In this document: in pieces, positions 26,760 through 39,550 of the stretch
Layout of the letters: each line of letters begins with the position of its first letter
Numbering within the stretch: position 1 is the first letter of the stretch
Source: Haliotis rufescens
Taxonomy: Eukaryota
Length of the DNA: 64,000 bases
Assembly (NCBI RefSeq): GCF_023055435.1
Contig: NW_025963890.1
Span: forward strand, 61,876,001-61,940,000
Direction of reading: 5' to 3'
Program-made: the position numbers and the translations under genes
Notes under the pieces: model-generated
What the model saw: only the letters and a program-made list of their open reading frames with translations
Databases searched by the model: none
Told to the model about the DNA's origin: nothing

Positions 26760-27181
26760 TAGGGCTGGGACAAGTCCATATTTGCTACCCGGGTACCCCC
26801 CACCCCTATTACCCGACCCTAATCGGGTACCCACTGTAGGCCTCAGGAGATGTCTCAAAATGTCCGATTGGGTACATTTTTAGCATAGCCCTGGCAAAAC
26901 GTATTTAGATACATGTATTAAACAATCTGGTCATTCATACACTACAGCTGAATTAAGTTATATCTTTATTCAACCATATGAAAAATCAGAAGAAATGGGT
27001 GCATAGTCAGAAAGAAATGCGAACATTAGTGACTTGTAGTGTAACCATAGAGTTCTTGATAATTTTTGTCATTAAACAATATATCACGTGACTAACCACG
27101 GGTCCGGGTAGTCCTGTGGGTACCCGGGTCCTACTCAGTACCCACCCGACCCGGGTACCTGAGTTACCCGTCCCAGCCCTA
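26760..27181. mobile_element. hAT-type MITE
   Basis: Perfect 12-bp TIR TAGGGCTGGGAC / GTCCCAGCCCTA; perfect 8-bp TSD ACTGGTAC (26752-26759, 27182-27189); subterminal GGGTACCC/ACCCG repeats. Confidence 0.93.
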
Positions 27182-27249
27182 ACTGGTACAATTTTTACCC
27201 TTCTCTTAAGCAGTGCAGTTTTACTCAACAACACTTAGTGTTCCCAGGA

Positions 27250-27890
27250 TGACAAGGGTGTAGTAGGTGTGGTGGGGTTGTTGGAGGCATGGTAGGAGTG
27301 TTGGCAGAATATTATGGGTGTTGGTATTTGGGGCATGGTGGTGTTTGTTGGAGGCAGTGTGGCGGTGAGATAGGGGTGTTGGAGGCATGTTCGGGGTGAT
27401 CGAGGCATGGAGGGGTGTTGAAAGAGTAGTGAGGGTGTTTGCGGCATTATAGAGGTGGTGGTGTTGATGTTGTGCGTGGCATGGTAAGCCCATATTAGCA
27501 GCATGGTGGGGATGTTGGTGTTTGTTACGGGGCAAGGGTGTTCAAGGAATGGTGGGATGTTGAAAGAATGGTGAAGGTCATGTGTTGGAGGTGTCATGGA
27601 GGTGTTGGCAGTGTGGTAGCTGTGTGGTGGGCCCATATTGGCAGCATGGTGGGGTGTTGGTGTTTGTGGCTCGGTGTTGGAGGTGTTGAGGGGTGTTTGA
27701 GTGTATTTACAGCATTGTGGGGGTGTTGGTGGCTGTGGCTTGGTGTTGGATGTCTGGTAGGTGTGTTTGAGTGTATTGACAGCATGATGGGGTGTTGGCA
27801 GTGAGATGGGTGTTTTGCAGCATGATGTGGGTGTTTTTGGTGGTGTGAATGGTAGCTGTGGTTGTAGCATTGGTGGGGCAATTGAATGTT
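27250..27890. repeat. Degenerate G/T-rich satellite
   Basis: Repeated ggtgttgg / gcatggtgggg motifs. Confidence 0.8.
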
Positions 27891-28412
27891 GTTTTACACC
27901 ACAGATGGACACAATCCAGCTACTTTATAACATGTTTGATAGCATGAGCGATAAACCACATCCTTTGGACACAATGACCCGGGTCACAGCATCTAGCTGA
28001 TCATCATTCCAGTATCTTCTCATCTTAAGCATCAGATACAAAGGATTTCACTTTTGAATTGTAGTTTGGTGTTGTTGTAACGGTATATGCATTGTAATAG
28101 GTTCCAAACCTTTGATCAGCTGGATGACCATGATATGATCTATTTTTGAAATAGGCAAAGAAAACATTAGATTGCCAGAGCTACTGAACAGACAAACCAA
28201 ATATCCAACAGATACATGTTTCCCTGCCATTATTACACTGCCTGCCTTGTATCTACAGACTTAGAGGACTTGCTTGGAGTCTTTAAAGAATTATGATAAC
28301 CTAATTTGTTGAACTACATGCCAAAATGAGTGCTTATTCAACTTGAGTATTCAACTCCTTGACTAATCCCTGATTTCGTATGTCCCCACTGCCACTCTCT
28401 GTGATACGAATG

Positions 28413-28712
28413 GTGATCCTAGAGCCCCAACTATTATAAGTCTTAAGTCTGCTGTAGAGAGCCACTCCACTGTCAGCACATGACCTTCAAGACTGACTCC
28501 AATATTAACAGTTTGAATACTACATTGTATATCTTATAATTCAGCGCTCTGTCATATTTGTATGCCATCATACTCTGCTCGTGTATAATGGGCCGGTGGC
28601 CTCATTACCTGAATAAAAGCATCATGATAGTGATCCTAGAGCCCCAACTATTATAAGTCTTAAGTCTGCTGTAGAGAGCCACTCCACTGTCAGCACATGA
28701 CCTTCAAGACTG
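28413..28712. repeat. Perfect 83-bp direct repeat (28413-28495 and 28630-28712)
   Basis: Identical gtgatcctagagcc...ccttcaagactg copies with 134 bp between them. Confidence 0.9.
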
Positions 28713-29110
28713 GGTTCGATCCCCACTGGGTACAGTGTGTGAATCCCATTCTTGGTTTCCCACCCCCTGATATGGGATGGAGTATTGCCTAGAGAGACAT
28801 TAGGCCGAACTCAATGCCACTGTCAAGAGATGGATACAATAGTCTCTTTTCACTGAGACACTTCGTTTAATTGGTCCATGACATGCAGCCTTCTAAATTC
28901 ATGCTAGTCCGCTAGCCCATGACTACTAACTTGTGCTGAGGACAAGTCAGAATCTAATAGTGGTCGTTCTCATTGACTAGTTGCGAAAAAGGGCTTTATC
29001 TTTGAACCAGTTCAACTTGCAACAAATTGGAACTGAATAAAACGGACAGAAAATGTAAAATATAGTAAACATTTTTGTCTTGTTCAAGCAGGACCAGCTT
29101 CTAACTCTGA

Positions 29111-29284
29111 GGGGGCGGGTTGGGTAGCCTAGTGGTTAAAGCTTTCGCTTGTCATGCCGAAGACCCAGGTTCGATTCCCGACATGGGTACAATGTGTGAA
29201 GCCCATTTCTGGTGTCCCCTGCCGTGATATTGCTGGAATATTGCTAAAAGCGGCGTAAATTCAAACTCACTCACTCACTCACTC
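29111..29284 (+). mobile_element. Family A tRNA SINE
   Basis: Near consensus; TSD AACTCTGAGG. Confidence 0.93.
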
Positions 29285-30064
29285 AAACTCTGAGGACCAG
29301 CGACATAAGGTTTACAGTAGTCCTGAAAAAAACAAAAAACCCTGAATTCCAAACTAGACTTGTCTCAAACACATGATCAGCGCTGGTTGTCTTGTCAAGC
29401 ATTGCATCCATCGAAGAGCCTTTCTCAAAGTGGTTTTTGGATCTATCATCTCTCCTGCGCCACTAATGCACCACTGATGCATGTGATGCACCTGCTACTA
29501 CTGGTGCAGTAAGTGGTTAAGTAATGTTGACAAGTGCAAGTTTCAAATCAATATCCCGGTCCATAGACTAGGTCATGGAAATACATGGTGTGAGAGGGAG
29601 TGACTGTTGTCGCACTGACTCACCTCAAGTAGTCATTTGTTTTACAGTTGTCACATTCATAAGTCACACACACACAGACACAAGCTTTTTCAACTCCCTC
29701 AAATGAAGTGTCAAGCAGTTAGCACCAGTATGGATGGGTATGTCTAATGGTAAGAAAATGATTTATCGCTTGTTTTTCAAAATATCATTTATGTGTTTGC
29801 TCAACTTTATAAACTGTTCAGGTTGTAGTAATGAGGCTTTGTAATGGGAAACAAGTTATTTTTATTTTCCATTAACAGGATGCGATTTAGCTGTTTACAA
29901 CCTGCACCAGTGCGACCTATTTTTGAGAAATGGAACCTTGTATTTTCGTCTACATGCACCAAGTGGATTTCAAAAGATTTCAAATTTGTATCTAACCTTT
30001 ACATGTCCACACAACATCGATCTTTGAACACTTTAAATACCTGTAAGCTAATTGACCATACGAT

Positions 30065-30340
30065 GGCACTGGTGGCCCGGTCGGCAAAGGCACCGCGATT
30101 CGCTGTACAGAGTTGCGTCCCTTGGGCATGCCAGAAACCTATGATTGTGGGTTCGAATCCCGGTTCACCCCGATTATGTTACTAGGTTTGTCAGCACCAT
30201 TCCCGTGCTCGTGGGTTTCACCGAAGTGGTAAACGTCCTGCATCACTTCGGTCTTTCCTCCCACATTAAGCTGACACGCCGTGATATAACTGGAATACTG
30301 TTAAAAGCGGCGTTAAACCCAACTCACTCACTCACTCACT
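30065..30340 (+). mobile_element. Family D SINE, best-preserved copy
   Basis: A box, B box GGGTTCGAATCC, shared 3' tail; TSD-like ctaatt(g/t)accatac. Confidence 0.9.
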
Positions 30341-30442
30341 AATTTACCATACTAAGTCAGTAACCCTTTTGTATGTGTCATTTGTCTTGTTTTGGGGGCT
30401 TGACGTCATCAAAATGTGGGTACTTCAAGATGAAATACACGT

Positions 30443-30557
30443 TGATAACTTTGATAAATTTATGGACTCTGGTGCAACCTGGTTTAGTTCAGTGCAACTA
30501 GGTTTTCTTGTCCACACGCACCTTGTGTAGGGTAAATCAAGTTCCTTAAATCGAGCC
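30443..30557. mobile_element. Unclassified interspersed repeat (inverted homologue at about 48417-48539)
   Basis: Aligns by eye with the reverse complement of 48417-48539 (tgcaacctggttt ... taaatcaag..ccttaa.tc.agcc). Confidence 0.6.
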
Positions 30558-30960
30558 ATGATTAATCATTTCTAAAGCAAAATGTATTCTTGGATAATCT
30601 ACTAATGCATATGGCGGTTAGTCTAAAACACCAGAAAATTAACTTATCAACAAGATACATCTTTATATTCCCACTAGTTATGTATCATTAATATCTTAAA
30701 AACCTGATCGTTTTAGATGGGCTATCAGAATATATACAGTGCCACTTTCTAAGTCTGGTTTAAAATTCAGGCAAATGCCATCACAAGAAAGAATGTCAAC
30801 AGTAGTTCTGCTCTTGATAGATTGCTGGTATCTCTTTTTCATTCGTATTATGAATTAATACAGATACTAGTTATTAGGAAAAATTGATATCTGCTGCATA
30901 TGTATCTGTTCAGTGCATGATGAAATTGTTGTACTGTTGAGATATTCTCCAGTATTTTGT

Positions 30961-31099
30961 GGGGAGGTGGGGTAGCCTTGTGGTCTAAGCGTTTGCTTGT
31001 CATGCTGAAGACCTGGCCTCGATTCCCCACATGAATAAGCTGTATTCTGGTGTCCCCTGCCGGGATATTGCTGGAATATTCATACTCACTCACACACTC
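30961..31099 (+). mobile_element. Family A tRNA SINE, diverged
   Basis: Head and tail recognisable; degenerate TSD ctcc(a/t)gtattt(t/a)gtg. Confidence 0.8.
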
Positions 31100-31639
31100 C
31101 TGTATTTAGTGTGTTGTCATCCCACAACTAAGGAAGCCCTTCACAACTCATTATACACCATGTAGGCAACCTCAATGTGATACATTGTAATTAACAATAG
31201 ATATTGCTTGTACAAAAAGGATGGAGAATATATTACTTAACCACCAGTGCTGGGTGTATAATTGTACTTATTACCACCCCTGGGGAGAGAGGACACTTAG
31301 TGAGACTCGTGCACTGATTGGGTCGTGTCCAGACCTTATTGTTTTGTAAATGTCACGCTATGAACTGTAGGTGCACCGACAGCACAATGCATGTGTGTCA
31401 TGTTTTGCATTACTGATGTCAATCTACAATCCACTCATGAGGAAGACTTATGTACAAATATGACATTAATCTTCTTGAGTGTGAATAATGTATTTGACTT
31501 TATGTTTATACTTAAGTGCTGTTAATGGATTTTTTTTAAACTGCACATGCAACAAGAATGTGTTTGTAGAGTATATTAGTCACAAGTATGGTTCTATGGT
31601 TCTTCTCGTGATTGTTTTGCCCTGAAATTTCTTTACGAT

Positions 31640-31802
31640 CAACATCTGACCTGAGTGGTTTTTTTGCCCCGGAATGATCTTACCAACAACATCTGACTCT
31701 TGTTGTGGTTTTGCCCCGGAATGATCTTACCAACAACATCTGACTCTTGTTGTGGTTTTGCCCTGGAATGATCTTACCAACAACATCTGACTCTTGTGGT
31801 TT
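31640..31802. repeat. 47-bp minisatellite (about 3 units)
   Basis: GGAATGATCT recurs at 31671, 31718 and 31765. Confidence 0.9.
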
Positions 31803-31936
31803 ACTTTGCTCCAGAATTACCAACACTTCAATTAACCTGAACTGACATTGTGTCCTGTCAGCGCCTAAGACCATATTGTGGTTCTCTTGTTAAGTGGTCA
31901 AGGATGCATCTCCAACAATATGTCTTCCATTTCTGA

Positions 31937-32105
31937 GGGGGCGGTCGGGTAGCCTAGTGGTTAAAGCGTTCGCTCGTCACGCCGAAGATCCGGGTTCGAT
32001 TCCCGACATGGGTACAATGTGTGAAGCCCATTTCCGGTGTCCCCCGCCGTGATATTGCTGGAATATTGCTAAAAAGCGGCGTAAAACCAAACTCACTCAC
32101 TCACT
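31937..32105 (+). mobile_element. Family A tRNA SINE, near-consensus (young) copy
   Basis: Intact A/B boxes and CpGs; TSD TCCATTTCTGAG. Confidence 0.95.
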
Positions 32106-33009
32106 CCATTTCTGAGTACATTTGCAGCAGCAGTGTTGTGTAGTTAAATGCATCATTTTCTGCAGCAGAATATTCTGTGAACCTGAGAAATGGGACAATT
32201 ATGCAAGGACTTTATTTTCCAATAATTTTATGAAAAAACAGGGATCTAATGCATTAACAATACGTTTGTTAATGCTCATAGTACCTACCCATTGTCATCA
32301 CAATATGCTAAGGTTATATATTGCAAAAGGCTTCATCAGCCAGCCCATTTCAAAACAGAATACACATCCTAAGATGGAGGTTTTACATTAATTCTGTCCA
32401 CAAGGACATCTACAAATGCTCTGATCCAAGCCTGGGCAAGAATTGCCATTTCATGAATATTATGCTGATTTTACCAGGCAGAGAAATGGAAATAATCAGG
32501 GATATGATCACGGAATACAAATTGTGTCTTCCCCATGTAGGTCATTCAGCTTGTAGAAATAACCACCATTGAAGTGCCAGTTCATTGTCTAGAGAAGTGA
32601 GACAGCCCCCTGTCACTCTCAGCCTCAAATGCCATCAGAGAGGCTGACTAGACCGCCAAGCTCACAGGCTACTATTATGCTGTACGCCTTTATGCTTCTA
32701 CATCAAACACCTTTCAGACAACCATGCGAGAGAAAAACGGAAATTTTACTGGATCATTTGACCTTTTTTCTTGCCAGTATGTTCAACCATGAGCATCCAG
32801 GCAGTAAACAAAACTACCTTTACTTGTTCTTTGTAGAGGTCTGTTATTTTTCCCCTTTGGCCACAAAAATTGGTTAATCAACAGGCAATGATTGGAAGAA
32901 TTGGCTGGCATTGGCGATCAATAGTCATGGAGGCAGCAGTGGAGAGAATTACACGCTTGTTGCTCTCTGTACACCCTGCTGCAAAGGCTTCTTGAGGTCA
33001 GCTATGGTG

Positions 33010-33480
33010 ACGGTACTGTTGTTCACAAAGACCCTGCTGGAGGAACTGTTGTTCACTAGGGCTCTGCCTGGGGTACTGTTGTTCTCCAAGGGGGAGTATT
33101 GTTGTTCATCAGGGCCTGCTGAGGCTGCTGTTGTTCACCAAGGCCTGTTGAGGCTACTGTTGTTCATCAGGGCCTGCTGAGGCTACTGTTGTTCATCAGG
33201 GCCTGCTGAGGCTGCTGTTGTTCATCAGGGCCTGCTGAGGCTACTGTTGTTCATCAGGGTCTGCTGAGGCTACTGTTGTTCATCAGGGCCTGCTGAGGCT
33301 GCTGTTGTTCATCAGGGCTTGCTGAGGCTACTGTTGTTCATCAGGGCCTGCTGAGGCTGCTGTTGTTCATCAGGGCCTGCTGAGGCTACTGTTGTTCATC
33401 AGGGCCTACTGAGCCCTTCAGGGCCAACATGAGGGCACTGTTCTACACGAGGGCCCAGTTTGGAGTGCTGTTGTTGACAA
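33010..33480. repeat. 29-bp minisatellite (CTGAGGCTACTGTTGTTCATCAGGGCCTG)n
   Basis: Homogeneous core at about 33100-33415 with degenerate edges. Confidence 0.95.
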
Positions 33481-33625
33481 AGAGCCTACGGGGGTGTGCC
33501 AACTGTGTAAAGGGTTTCATCCATTACCTACTGACATGAGATCAACCATGTTGCAAAGTTCTGATGTTTGTCAGTGCCAGACCATGTCAATTGCCGGCCA
33601 TGTTAAGGGTTTATATGTGGAACAG

Positions 33626-33698
33626 GGCCCTGTTCCAAAAAGCAATCTTAGCGCTAAGGGAATCTTTAACTCCTGAGATCTTTTTGTAGAACTGGGCC
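33626..33698. mobile_element. Very short Harbinger-like MITE
   Basis: Imperfect TIRs GGCCCTGTTCCAAAAAG / TTTTTGTAGAACTGGGCC flanked by CAG on both sides; related to 53484-53595. Confidence 0.55.
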
Positions 33699-34561
33699 CA
33701 GTAGCTGAGTTCTCTGCTGGAGCATGAAGGCATGGCACAAATCGTTTTTGGTTACAACATGCTGAGCTTTTTATGATATTGAAGACATGTAAATATTTAG
33801 ATCATATTGATGTGGATACTGTGAGTCAGAAACCTTAATTAGCAATACGATAATCCAATGATTGCTATGTGGGATGAGAACCTAACCTATTAATTATTCT
33901 TCTGGTTGTATGATCCTTCATCAGACACAATGATTTCAAATGGGACTATATTAAATGTCACCTCCTCTCTGTCCCCTATCGGTCATGGTTTCATATGTCA
34001 CACTCCCTCTGTCCCCGATGGGTCATGGTTGCATTTTATACCAAGGGTCATGGCATAATCAGGACTGGTGTGTGTGTCTTGTCCCTTGGGTCTGTTTATT
34101 TCAATTAAGGGAAATGTCAGTCCTGGAATTGTGGAATCAAACTGCAGGCTTTCAACCAAATAACATGGGACTTGTCACAGTGTTGGAGCTTATCTGATTA
34201 GTGCAGTCACAAGTAAATATAGTGTTTATGTTGTGTTTGGAGGTTTGTGGTCGCGAAGATTGGACTATACTGACCTGTGTACATCTGTCTTTGGTAATTT
34301 GTTATAGGGTTCTATTGAGTGCTTGGTCTGCATCAATGTCTTCGTAAGTTAATTAAGCAACTAAACCTGGCCTCAGTACCAAATTACTTCAGTGATGTAC
34401 AGTGACTGATACTGTAAAAGGTCTGGCCACAAAGCAATCTCACATTTAGGAAGTTGGTAACCTTTCTGTGGTATCTAAGATCCATGATCATCAGAGTGTT
34501 AAGGTTGTTAAGTGCAAGCGGACCCAATATTAGGAAATATACTGCTCCAAATTAGATAGGG

Positions 34562-34717
34562 CAGCATTAGAAATTGGCACCAGTCCTGTAGTCCTTGCCA
34601 AACTGCCCAATAATTAAGGTTTCATAAGGACAAACAGACATTTGTCATTTTTAAGGGTTTGGCTGTATGTTATCATTGTAAGGACTACTGGACTAAAAAT
34701 GTTAGTTTCTACCCCTG
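34562..34717. mobile_element. MITE of about 155 bp (hAT-like termini), copy 1
   Basis: Homologous to 38260-38414; termini CAGCATTAGAAA / TTTCTACCCCTG. Confidence 0.8.
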
Positions 34718-35191
34718 AAGGGATATTTTCAGTGTCCGAGTGGGGTTTGAATGTGACTGATTACTTGGATATGTTGTCATGCAAGCAGTATTCAATATTG
34801 TCAAGGAACAGAAGCATATCAAGCTTTTTTTAAGTTATCTCAATGAGTTATCATTAAGTTTTATAACAACATAAAGAGCTTACTTTCCCTACAAAATGGT
34901 GAGCAGTATATTCTGTATGACCTGACCAATTATTTTCTTGTTTACAGATTTTGATGTCAATATTCAAGCAAGGTGGACGATATTTTTTTAACAACAGTAA
35001 AAATGTTGGGGTTTATTTGTGATCAGTTACCGTATTCTTGAAACTAAAGTTTAAACACGCAGAGATTTTTATAAGCATATTTCAATCAAACAAAGCATGA
35101 AACATGAAAAAAAGCAAAAGAATTTGTAATAATTTCAAGCTATGTAGTCAAAATGTACTGCAGTTTGGCATCAGCATCTCGCATCTCATTC

Positions 35192-35509
35192 AGACAGCCT
35201 CCATGGTCCAGTGGTAGAGCAGAAGGTCCGGGCTTCGATCCCTGGCCGCGTCATACCAAAAGACGTTAAAAGATGGTACTTGTTATTACCCTGTCTGGCG
35301 CTTGGCATTTGGGGGCTAAGTGGGGTATTCATGTTAAACTGCAGCATCGTATCTCCGTGTGCTAGCACTATAAATTGGCATCAGTCTGGACTAGAAAAAG
35401 CACAACACACACACACCCATGTTCATGCACGTCACTATATAAGTGCAATAATCTTGGATGGGCGTAAAAAAAAACAAAAATACATTTCACCTCACCTCAC
35501 ATCTCACTC
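35192..35509 (+). mobile_element. Family C SINE
   Basis: Matches 12701-13052 with internal deletions; (CTCAC)n tail. Confidence 0.88.
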
Positions 35510-36261
35510 AATCTTCAGTGTAACCTCCGTGTGATGGAGGTGGGTTTTTGTAGGTATAATAACATGCGTCTGAGGATCAGAATATGCTACAGGCTTTAAA
35601 TAGTGGATATTAATAACCATTTGGCCTAAAGGTATTTGCTATCTTGGGAGAATCAGCATAATTTATGATTTCTATGAGATATTTGTAGCGAAACTGATGA
35701 AAACTGTAACATTCCGTAGCCATTTATCAGCGTCTAGACTGATGTAAATCAGATAAGTAAATATTTGAAGTCAGTATCAGCATTTTAATACAGACAATTT
35801 GTTCTCTTATGCTAGACTTAATCCGCTACTTATCTGTGTGTATTTCATAGACGTTCATGTGGCAGATAGCTGTATTCTGAGAGAGTGAGGGGTTGTGTAG
35901 ATTAGTCTTTCGCTCATCAAACCATAGACCACCATGTTCAATTCCTTTGCTGTTGTCCCTTGTTGGGGACCTGGGTTAGAATGTGTCACCAGAAGCTCTT
36001 TGCTTATCAGATTGGCAACCTGTGGGATTGTAGGTTAGAATAGGTCTCCAGCAACCTATGCTTGTTTTAAGAGGCGACATGATGGATTTGTGATCAACAT
36101 GGTGTGTCTGGTGATAAAGGCAAAAGGAAACGTGAGGTAATTTTCTTGCCCAACAGATTTTATATGGATATTAGAATATTTCTGAAAAAGTTACCTTAGT
36201 CACATCTCGTTCACTCACTCACTCACTCACTCACTCACTCACTCACTCACTCACTCACTCA

Positions 36262-36455
36262 ACCCGTGAAGATCCTGAGTAGAATAGGCCTTCAGCAACT
36301 GACTTGGTTGATGCCTGTCATCGATCCCAATTGCGTGGATCGATGTTCATGATGTCAATCACTGGTTTGTCTGGTCCAGAGTCGATTATTTACAGACCGC
36401 CGTCATATAGCTGGAATATTGCTGAGTGCAGCGTTAAACATCAAACCAACAACAA
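36262..36455 (+). mobile_element. Family B short retroelement, internally deleted, flanked by (ACTC)n
   Basis: Same 5' start; appears inserted into an ACTC microsatellite (36211-36260 and 36467-36505). Confidence 0.85.
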
Positions 36456-36739
36456 CGACTCGCTCGCTCACTCACTCACTCACTCACTCACTCACTCACT
36501 CACTCAGGTTGGGTTGATCACATTATCTCTTCCCATCCAAATGTATTGTAAAATGACTGAAACAGGGCAAATATCCCTATTGTCAGAACTGACAGAATTT
36601 CTGCCTTTGCGATCTTCCTTCTTTTATCTTTCATCAAAATTGAAATAAGATCTTTTCCAAAATAATTAAGAAAAATATGAATATCATTAATTTCATTTCT
36701 TCATCCATTTGCAAGTCTACTTCCACTCCCTGTTGTCGA

Positions 36740-36897
36740 GACCACATCTCTGTGGTCTAGTGGTAGAGTGTCCGCCCAGAGAGTGGAAGGTCTGGGGTTC
36801 GATCCCCAGGTGCGTAATACCAACAGACGTGAAAAGATGGTACTTGTTGTTACCCTGTCTGGCGCTCGGCATTAAGGGGCTAAAACAAGGACAAGCA

Positions 36898-36960
<63 letters not shown>

Positions 36961-37081
36961 GTGCATGCACGTCGCTGTATAAGTGGAAGGGAAACCGCTG
37001 TATAAGTGCAATAATCTTGGATGGATTTTTTTCACCTCACCTCACCTCACCTCATGCCACCTCATCTCACCTCACCTCACC
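36740..37081 (+). mobile_element. Family C SINE with an expanded internal (CA)n
   Basis: tRNA head, Meta-like body, (CTCAC)n tail, TSD CCCTGTTGT. Confidence 0.88.
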
Positions 37082-37404
37082 CCCTGTTGTAGATCATAAC
37101 CTGGATCACAACCTCTGAACAGTTTCTGTGGTAAGGGAAATGAGTAATCTGAAACACCACAATTCCATGTACGTAAAGAGATGCCTCCCTTACACATACC
37201 AGAATCAGCAAATTAGGGATTCAAATTCCAGGTTTACCCTGATAATGTTCTTTGGTCTCTTACACCTGGGGTCTAATTCCACCGACCATGTTGTAATGGA
37301 AATACAGTTTAAAGCTCCACTCTCTCACTTTCGTCACCCAGTGAAGAGTCCCCTGCCATGATAATCCTGGAATGTTGCCAAAAGCAGTGATTCAAAATTG
37401 CTTT

Positions 37405-37560
37405 GGGGTAGCCTGGTGGTTAAAGCCTTAGGTCGTCTCACCAAAGCCATGGGTTTCATTCCCCACATGGGTACAATGTGTGAAGCCCATTTTTGGTGTC
37501 CCCCGCCGTGATATTGCTGGAATATTGTGACATGCGTCGTAAAACCCATCTCATTCACAC
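37405..37560 (+). mobile_element. Family A tRNA SINE
   Basis: Head, body and tail recognisable. Confidence 0.85.
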
Positions 37561-38259
37561 AAATTTGATGATTACCAGCGTACCTGCAAAATATGACAAA
37601 TTTTAGAAAAAGATGAAAGGAAATTTCGTTTTGAAGGAGTGATTGAAAATTCGTGTGTTTACAGAAATGTGTCAGAGTTTAGTGAAGACCTGTCAGTGTA
37701 ACAACAGAGAGCTTCAGCAGTTTTTGACCTGATTGAGAAAACATTTGTGTTTGAACCAAGAGCAAGGATGTGACGTTGAGGTTGGATGTTTGAAGTTGGG
37801 AGCCAATGTCACGTCAGGAGTGTGTCAATTAGTGATAATTGAAATAAAATACACTCTACAGAGATGAAGGTCATCCCCTCAATGGTGGACAAAACAACTT
37901 CTACTGTTGTTTGACTTTTAATTGGAGTTTAATTGCCTTGTTGTCATGGGATCAATGGTTTGGAAATCGTAAATGATTGGCTTTCCAGAATGTGATCAGT
38001 TCCTCAGAGATATAACCTGTAATGCACATACTATGACACTGGGAGGCGATCAGGTAGCCTTTTGTTCAAACTTTACTTCGTTGTGCCAAAGGCCAGGGTT
38101 TAATTCCCCAAAATTGAAATCTGATGTACCCCACTTTGATATTGGTGGACTGTTGCTAAAAGCTGCGTAAAACAATACTCACTTTGTTCTACAAACAGTT
38201 TTTCTTATAATTTGATTTTGAGTTTTTGATTTATAGAGAGATTGTAATATGTGTGTAAT

Positions 38260-38414
38260 CAGCGTTAGAAATTGGCACTAGTCCTGTTGTCCTTACCAAA
38301 CTGCCCAATGGTAAAGGTATCCTAAGGACAAGTAGAAATTGGCCCATTTTAAGGGTTTTGCTACATGTTATCATTATAAGGACTAGTGGACAAAAACTAT
38401 TAGTTTCTAACCCT
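38260..38414. mobile_element. MITE of about 155 bp (hAT-like termini), copy 2
   Basis: TIR CAGCGTTAGAAA / TTTCTAACCCTG; GTAAT on both sides. Confidence 0.82.
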
Positions 38415-39550
38415 GGTAATATGTTCAAGAAGGCAGGTGTGTCACAGTCAGGTTTGTAAAACTGTTTCTTTAATAAAATTTTATCTTTTTCTTTGTTAAG
38501 TTTTCAAATGAGAAAATACTTGCCACAGAAGCTTTTGGTGACCAGCTAGTTTAAGAAACTGATAAATAGTGGCGTCCCTTGGCCCCTGCCAGGATCCGAT
38601 GCCACTGGATCCAAGGTTTGTTGTTCAGATCCTTACTTGTCTCTGTCATACCAATAGTAATGTGCACGTATATGATATCCCAAATCCACACCCTATAGCA
38701 TACTCAAAGCGTTATGTTATTACCCCAGTCAGTGGATTAGTGTGCTCTCAATATTCATTCTCAGCTCCCTGGGGAGTATACAGTTCAAGTTGCTGCCAGG
38801 TACCCACTCACTGCTGGATGAACAGATGTATATATCGAACAATGTTACTTGCCAAAGGAGAGTTCAACCCGATTTGCTCATTCTTTGTGGAATGTGAAAT
38901 TGATCTGTACTTGCTTATTGCATTATTCATTTTTCGATACAGTTTTTCTGTCTGAATACAGCTGTAAAGGTTAAGGGATTATCTCCATCCAACAGCACCA
39001 TGCCACTCATCTCAGCCTTCCCATCTCACAAATAAATAATGACATTTAGCAAATGCCAAATCAAAGTATTCAAAGCTGATATTGGAATTTTTGGCCAGGA
39101 AGGTCCCCCAGGAAAGAAGAGAAATAGAAGTATCCCAGAACAAAGCATGAGCTAAGGTTTATGTAGGTTAAAACACTCCTAGCAGCTGAAAAAAATAATC
39201 TGTTTTAAGTTGAATCGGAGAAGGATGGTTGGACCTTTGTACGCCTGGGGAACAATGCATGATGGGATAACTTTCCGCTCATCTTACTGCTGTGTATTTA
39301 CATTTGTTTAAAATGTCAGCTGAAGGTGGAACATGGATGATACAGGGAGAGAGGAAATGCCAGAGGCAGTCATCGCATGGCTGAGTTTGTAATTAAAGGT
39401 GTGAAGGTATGGTCATCAGCTCATGTGACCTGTCTCAATGCCCGATCGCCAGTTGTATAACATCGCCGTGGTGACACGTTGACCAGGTGGGATGCTAACA
39501 TTGGAGATAATGATACAACATATTTGGTCTTTATGTGGGTAATCCTCCCC

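Noticed and set aside
31937-32012. tRNA gene (also the heads of the other A, C and D copies)
   Set aside because: A/B boxes are followed by a SINE body, tail and TSDs; these are SINE heads.
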